Shown here one piece after another: positions 60,208 through 64,000 of a DNA stretch of 64,000 nt. A program made the position numbers and the translations under genes. The notes beneath the pieces were generated by a model. It was not told where the DNA came from, did no database searches, and saw nothing but the letters and a program-made list of their open reading frames with translations. Location of the stretch: NCBI GenBank assembly GCA_029267355.1, contig JAJUJA010000003.1, positions 22,519-86,518 on the forward strand. Direction: 5' to 3'. The DNA comes from Elusimicrobiota bacterium (GTDB taxonomy: Bacteria > Elusimicrobiota > Elusimicrobia > Elusimicrobiales > UBA9959). Every line of letters starts with the position of its first letter. The first letter of the stretch is position 1.

Positions 60208-63200
60208 ATGAAGGACAAAAACGAAATAGAAAATCTCATAAGTGAAGTTTCCAATATAGACACTGCCAAAATGACATTGCGCTGGGCTCTTGAAAAGATA
60301 GCCGGCATGGAAAAAGAGGAGACGGAGCTTAGAAAAAACCTGGAAATCGCAGAAAATGCCAATAAAGAGCTTTCAGCCCGCCTGGAGAGCATAAGAGATT
60401 CTTTCTCCGCAAGAATAAAGACCGTGGAGGACAAGGAAGAATTTTACAGGAAGCTTGAAGCCACAATGCAGCTTTTGTCCGAGGGGAAGCTCAATATAAG
60501 CCAGCTGGTGGAAAAAGAGGCCAGAATAGACATTCTCAGACGCGAGCTTGAAAATGACTATCAAAGAAAATTTGAAGAGCTGGACAAGGCGCAGAAGCAT
60601 ATGGTCGAAAACTGGAACAGGAGACTTCTTGAAACTGAAAGCCAGTATTCTTCAAAACTTGCCGAGGCGCAGAAAAAATATGATTTGCTGAATTTTGAGC
60701 TCCAAAAATCGTTTGATGAAAGGGTCTCAAGTCTGCAAAATTCATATTTGCAGAGGGAAAAAGAGCTTAATGAAAGAATATCTCTTCTCAGCAATGCGTC
60801 AAAGGAAAAGGAAGACTGGCTTAAAGCGAGAGAGGCGGAACTTGAAAGCGAATATTTGGCCAAAAAGGAAGAGGCCGCTTCTTCTTTTGAAAGATACAAA
60901 CAGCAGCTTAATTCAATTTTCAACGCAAAGATCAACGCTTTGCAAGAGGAAAGAAAAGAGGAGATAAAAAACCTTCATACAGCCTGGGACAAGGAAAGGA
61001 AAAGGCTTGAAGATTCAGCCAGAGAAATGGCTGAAAAATATTGGCAGGCTCAGGAACAGATAAAGGTCCTTGAAGACAAAGTTATAGAAATAAAGAAAAA
61101 ATTTGATGAAGAAATGTTTAAAAAAATAAGGGAAACAGAAGAAAAATACTCGTCTGACAGGGCCGCTTTTGAAGAAGAAAGAAAGAAATTTTACCTTGAA
61201 AATGAAAATTTAAGAGAAGCGATGAGGAATCTGGAACTGTCCTTTTCAAAGGAAAGAGAAGAGCTTAAATCAAAATACATGGACTTGAGCGCACAAAGGG
61301 AAAAAGAAATAGAGGCGGCAAGAAGAGAATGGGAAAAGGCCTACAATGATAAGGAAACCGAGCTGAAAAAAGATTTTGATCAAAAGATTTCCTTTTTCCG
61401 CAAGGAAATAGAAACGCTGAAATATGAAATCCTTAAAAAAGAGGAGGATTTCGAGCGCCGCGCCGGAGAAATAATCTCAAATAAAGACGCGCTAATTGAG
61501 GAATTAAAAAGCTCTTTTTCTCAGAAGATCGCCGCCCTTGAGGAGAAAAATTCCGGGTTGCTCGCCGGCATGTCAGCGCTGAAAAACGGCTATGAGTCTA
61601 AAATAGCCGCAATGGCAGAAAAATTTTTGAAGGAAAAAAATGAGATTTCAGCCAGATATCTTGCTCAGGCGCAAAGAGAAGCCGAGGAGTGGAAACAAAA
61701 CTTAAGGGAAAATCTTGCCGCAGCGGCCGCCGAAAGCGAAGAGGAAAAAGCCGCTCTTGCCTGCGCTTATCTGTCAAGGATAGAAGCCGACTCCGCCAGA
61801 ATAGAGGAGCTGAAAGCCCTGCTTGAAAGAAGCGAAAAAAACTTTTCGGAAGAAAGACGCAAAGTTCAAGAAGCCCTGAGGGAAGAGTTTTTGGCCAGAG
61901 AAAAAGAATTGATGTCTAAAATGGAAGAGATTAGAAAAATGTCCGCCGCCGAAAAACAGGCGCTGTCAGAGTCAATGCTGCAAAAGGAAGAAGAGATAAA
62001 GAAGCTTTCTTCTGAAATACTGCAAAAGGAAATAAATTTTGCGAAGCAGCTTGAAGCGGCCAGAAGGGAATTTGAAGAGGAGAATTTGCTCATTTCCCGG
62101 AAAAGGGAGGAGGAAATAGCTGGGCTGAAAAAATTGATAGCCGAAAAGGACGCCGCTGCTTCAAGCGAGCTTCAGACCGCCTATGAAAATTTCCAGGCTC
62201 AGCTTAAGGAGATTGAGGAAAAATATAATCAGAAGCTTTATTCTCAGAAGGCCGAAGCCGAAGCTTTTTACGGAGAAAGGCTTGCCGAAAGCGCTGATAA
62301 AATAAGGAAACTGGAAATCATTATCGCTCAAAAAGAAAATGAATATAAAGAGGAAAAATCCAGGCTTAAGGCGGGCTATGAGAAAGAGATGAATGATAAG
62401 CAGCGGGCTTTAATGGATCAGATTGAAGCAATCAAAAATGAGACGGAAAATATCATGGCAGCGAATGCCGCCAAAATTGAGCAGATTATAAGGGAAAAGG
62501 AACAGGAGAAAGCCAGACTTGTAAGCGAATATGAAAAATCAGCCGCTTTGATAAAACAGGAATACGAATCATCCATTGGACTGCTCAGAAAAACGCTTGA
62601 AGAAAAAATAAGTAAAGCGGAACAGAGAAATTTGGAATTATCTGAAGCGCTTTCTTTGGAGAAAGAGAAGTTTTCCAAAGAGCTTGAAAATCTCAGAGAG
62701 AAGGCTAAGGCAGAGGCCGAGTCTTTTTACGGGGCCAAACTTGCCGAAAACGCGGTCAGGATAAGAGAACTTCAAGAGACAATTTTGCTCAAAGACGAAA
62801 AACATCTTAAAGAAATTGAAGAAATGAAAAGCAGATTGCAATCTGCGCTGAATGAAAAAGAATTGAATCTCTCCCAGGAGAGAAAAGCGTTTGAAACAGC
62901 CCTGCAATCCTTTAAAAACAGGATAGAGGCGGAAAAGGCCGCGAAGGATTCGGCGGTGAAAGAAGCCGTGGCGAAGGGCGAGGCCGCTTGCGCCAGGCTT
63001 GAAGAAGAGATAAACGGCCTTAAGGCGGCTATCGCCCAGGAAAAAAACAGGGCGGAAAACGGCATTGTCGCCGTAAATGAGGCGAACAGAAAAAGGACTG
63101 AAGAGCTGATAAAATCCTATGAGCAAAAGCTTTCAAACGCTCATGAACTGCTTGAGAAAAATTTAAGAGAAAAGGAGGAGTTGAGAGCTTCCCTGTCTGA

Positions 63201-64000
63201 GCAATGGCAGAAGAATATAATCGAGCTCAAGGCAGGATATGAAGAAAAAATAAAAAACCTGCTTAAAGAAATTGAAAATTTCTCTGAAAAAAGCGAGAGC
63301 GAAAAAAAGGCCCTTCAGGCCTTGTATGAGGAAAAAATCTCATCTTTGAACCGCGGTTTTGCGGCTGACAAGGAAAAACTGTCAGCTTCTTATCAGAAAG
63401 AAATGGATGAGCTCAGCAAATCTTTGCTTGAAAAGATTTCCATTTTTGAAGATGAAAAATCGAGGATCGTCTCCGAGTTTGAGAAAAAACTGGAAGAGTT
63501 GAGGGGGGAGCTGGCCTCAAAAGACAATTATTACGCTCAAAGAGAGGCCAGGCTGCGGCAGGAGCTCTCCGATGCCTATTCCCGCCGCCTTGACTCGCTG
63601 TCAGATGAATTTGAAAACAGAAAAAAAGAATTTGAAGAGGAAAAGAAGGTTTTGGCTGAGGGATTTAAAAAAGAGATAGAACGCCTCGCGGCCGAAAAAG
63701 AAAAGAATAAGTCCGCATATAATTCAAGTATCGCCTCCTATTCGGCAGAGCTGGAAAATTTAAGGGCTGAAATGCTGGAAAAAGACAGTAGATTTCAGGC
63801 TTTCTTGAAGGAAGCTCTTGAGAAGCAAAAGTCCGAATATGAGAAAAAAATCGCCGGAATAAATCTTGAAAATGAAAATCACATAAAGGAAATTAAATCT
63901 CATATTGAGCAGGACGCCCAGAGAGCGGTTGAAAGATATAAAGAAATTTATGAAAAAGAAAAAGCCAGCTGGCTTTATGAAAAAGAGCATCTAGAGAAAA
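60208..64000 (+). CDS. Giant Glu/Lys-rich coiled-coil protein, 3'-truncated by the window edge (at least 1264 codons)
   Basis: By manual translation, the frame starting at ATG 60208 (GGAG 7 nt upstream) has no stop codon through nt 64000. It is absent from the ORF track because it has no stop in the window. The sequence is almost uninterrupted heptad-like E/K/L/A/R (MKDKNEIENLISEV...EKEHLEK). All track ORFs in this span are minus-strand shadows. Confidence 0.85.
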   Translation, partial: MKDKNEIENLISEVSNIDTAKMTLRWALEKIAGMEKEETELRKNLEIAENANKELSARLESIRDSFSARIKTVEDKEEFYRKLEATMQLLSEGKLNISQLVEKEARIDILRRELENDYQRKFEELDKAQKHMVENWNRRLLETESQYSSKLAEAQKKYDLLNFELQKSFDERVSSLQNSYLQREKELNERISLLSNASKEKEDWLKAREAELESEYLAKKEEAASSFERYKQQLNSIFNAKINALQEERKEEIKNLHTAWDKERKRLEDSAREMAEKYWQAQEQIKVLEDKVIEIKKKFDEEMFKKIRETEEKYSSDRAAFEEERKKFYLENENLREAMRNLELSFSKEREELKSKYMDLSAQREKEIEAARREWEKAYNDKETELKKDFDQKISFFRKEIETLKYEILKKEEDFERRAGEIISNKDALIEELKSSFSQKIAALEEKNSGLLAGMSALKNGYESKIAAMAEKFLKEKNEISARYLAQAQREAEEWKQNLRENLAAAAAESEEEKAALACAYLSRIEADSARIEELKALLERSEKNFSEERRKVQEALREEFLAREKELMSKMEEIRKMSAAEKQALSESMLQKEEEIKKLSSEILQKEINFAKQLEAARREFEEENLLISRKREEEIAGLKKLIAEKDAAASSELQTAYENFQAQLKEIEEKYNQKLYSQKAEAEAFYGERLAESADKIRKLEIIIAQKENEYKEEKSRLKAGYEKEMNDKQRALMDQIEAIKNETENIMAANAAKIEQIIREKEQEKARLVSEYEKSAALIKQEYESSIGLLRKTLEEKISKAEQRNLELSEALSLEKEKFSKELENLREKAKAEAESFYGAKLAENAVRIRELQETILLKDEKHLKEIEEMKSRLQSALNEKELNLSQERKAFETALQSFKNRIEAEKAAKDSAVKEAVAKGEAACARLEEEINGLKAAIAQEKNRAENGIVAVNEANRKRTEELIKSYEQKLSNAHELLEKNLREKEELRASLSEQWQKNIIELKAGYEEKIKNLLKEIENFSEKSESEKKALQALYEEKISSLNRGFAADKEKLSASYQKEMDELSKSLLEKISIFEDEKSRIVSEFEKKLEELRGELASKDNYYAQREARLRQELSDAYSRRLDSLSDEFENRKKEFEEEKKVLAEGFKKEIERLAAEKEKNKSAYNSSIASYSAELENLRAEMLEKDSRFQAFLKEALEKQKSEYEKKIAGINLENENHIKEIKSHIEQDAQRAVERYKEIYEKEKASWLYEKEHLEK

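Noticed and set aside
60192-63990. Seven minus-strand track ORFs (60192-60434, 60373-60600, 60536-60745, 60561-60935, 61866-62093, 62418-62678, 62638-63126, 62772-63065, 63760-63990) as possible genes.
   Set aside because: They are Ser/Phe/Leu-rich antisense shadows of a GAA/AAG/GAG-rich plus-strand frame that stays open for the whole 3.8 kb. They overlap each other in different frames, and none has an RBS or a recognisable motif.
1-64000. CRISPR arrays, transposases or integrases, prophage blocks, toxin-antitoxin or restriction-type defence genes, and rRNA genes.
   Set aside because: I found no regularly spaced direct repeats, no DDE, tyrosine or serine recombinase motifs, no phage structural genes and no nuclease/methylase pairs. 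The window reads as core chromosome plus the rSAM operon.

Overview
This is a 64-kb chromosomal window from a diderm bacterium. Evidence for the diderm envelope is an LptE-like lipoprotein, a TonB-dependent receptor, MurJ and type IV pilus ATPases. GC is roughly mid-40s % by eye. The lineage cannot be assigned from sequence alone; the gene content resembles uncultivated anaerobes such as Elusimicrobiota, at low confidence. The window is almost entirely coding: about 60 protein genes and one tRNA-Gln. I saw no rRNA, CRISPR array, transposase, integrase or obvious prophage.

Layout:
1. 1-9090 (+): a nine-gene operon in which every gene junction overlaps. It encodes six radical SAM enzymes (the first cut by the window edge), an A24 aspartyl-peptidase-like membrane protein, a class V cysteine desulfurase and a tetrapyrrole-methylase-fold protein. 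No precursor or substrate gene is visible. This is the best candidate for an undescribed maturation system.
2. 9163-16635 (+): a ygeY (M20 peptidase) and ygeW (knotted carbamoyltransferase) pair, then carbamate kinase and a ThrC-like PLP enzyme. The set is split by a terminator and two exported proteins.
3. 16684-24710 (+): gltX, a GYF/coiled-coil/Pro-rich membrane protein, and pilB-pilT-pilC.
4. 24696-36861 (mostly -): ogt-like, short uvrC, murJ, rpsT (+), holA, lptE-like, ybeY, phoH, GH57, glgC, a Cld-family protein, an exported protein with a Lys-rich tail, and thyX.
5. 36918-44323 (+): mazG, a GH3 NagZ-like enzyme coupled to an SSF transporter, ytxH (-), a secreted HExxH protein, and a TonB-dependent receptor followed by a NikR-like regulator, with a NikR-type dyad at the receptor start.
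6. 44376-59172 (+): housekeeping genes glmM, pdxJ, glmS, acpS, nnrD, thiL, tsaE, tsaB, rimI, a TPR/LolB-like protein, ispE, spoVG, tRNA-Gln, glmU, prs, ctc and pth.
7. 59169-60093: three small orphan genes.
8. 60208-64000 (+): an open reading frame of at least 1264 codons encoding a Glu/Lys-rich coiled-coil protein. It runs off the window and is absent from the supplied ORF track.

Several track ORFs have over-extended N-termini, and I re-set those starts. All family assignments come from motif recognition by eye; no database search was run.
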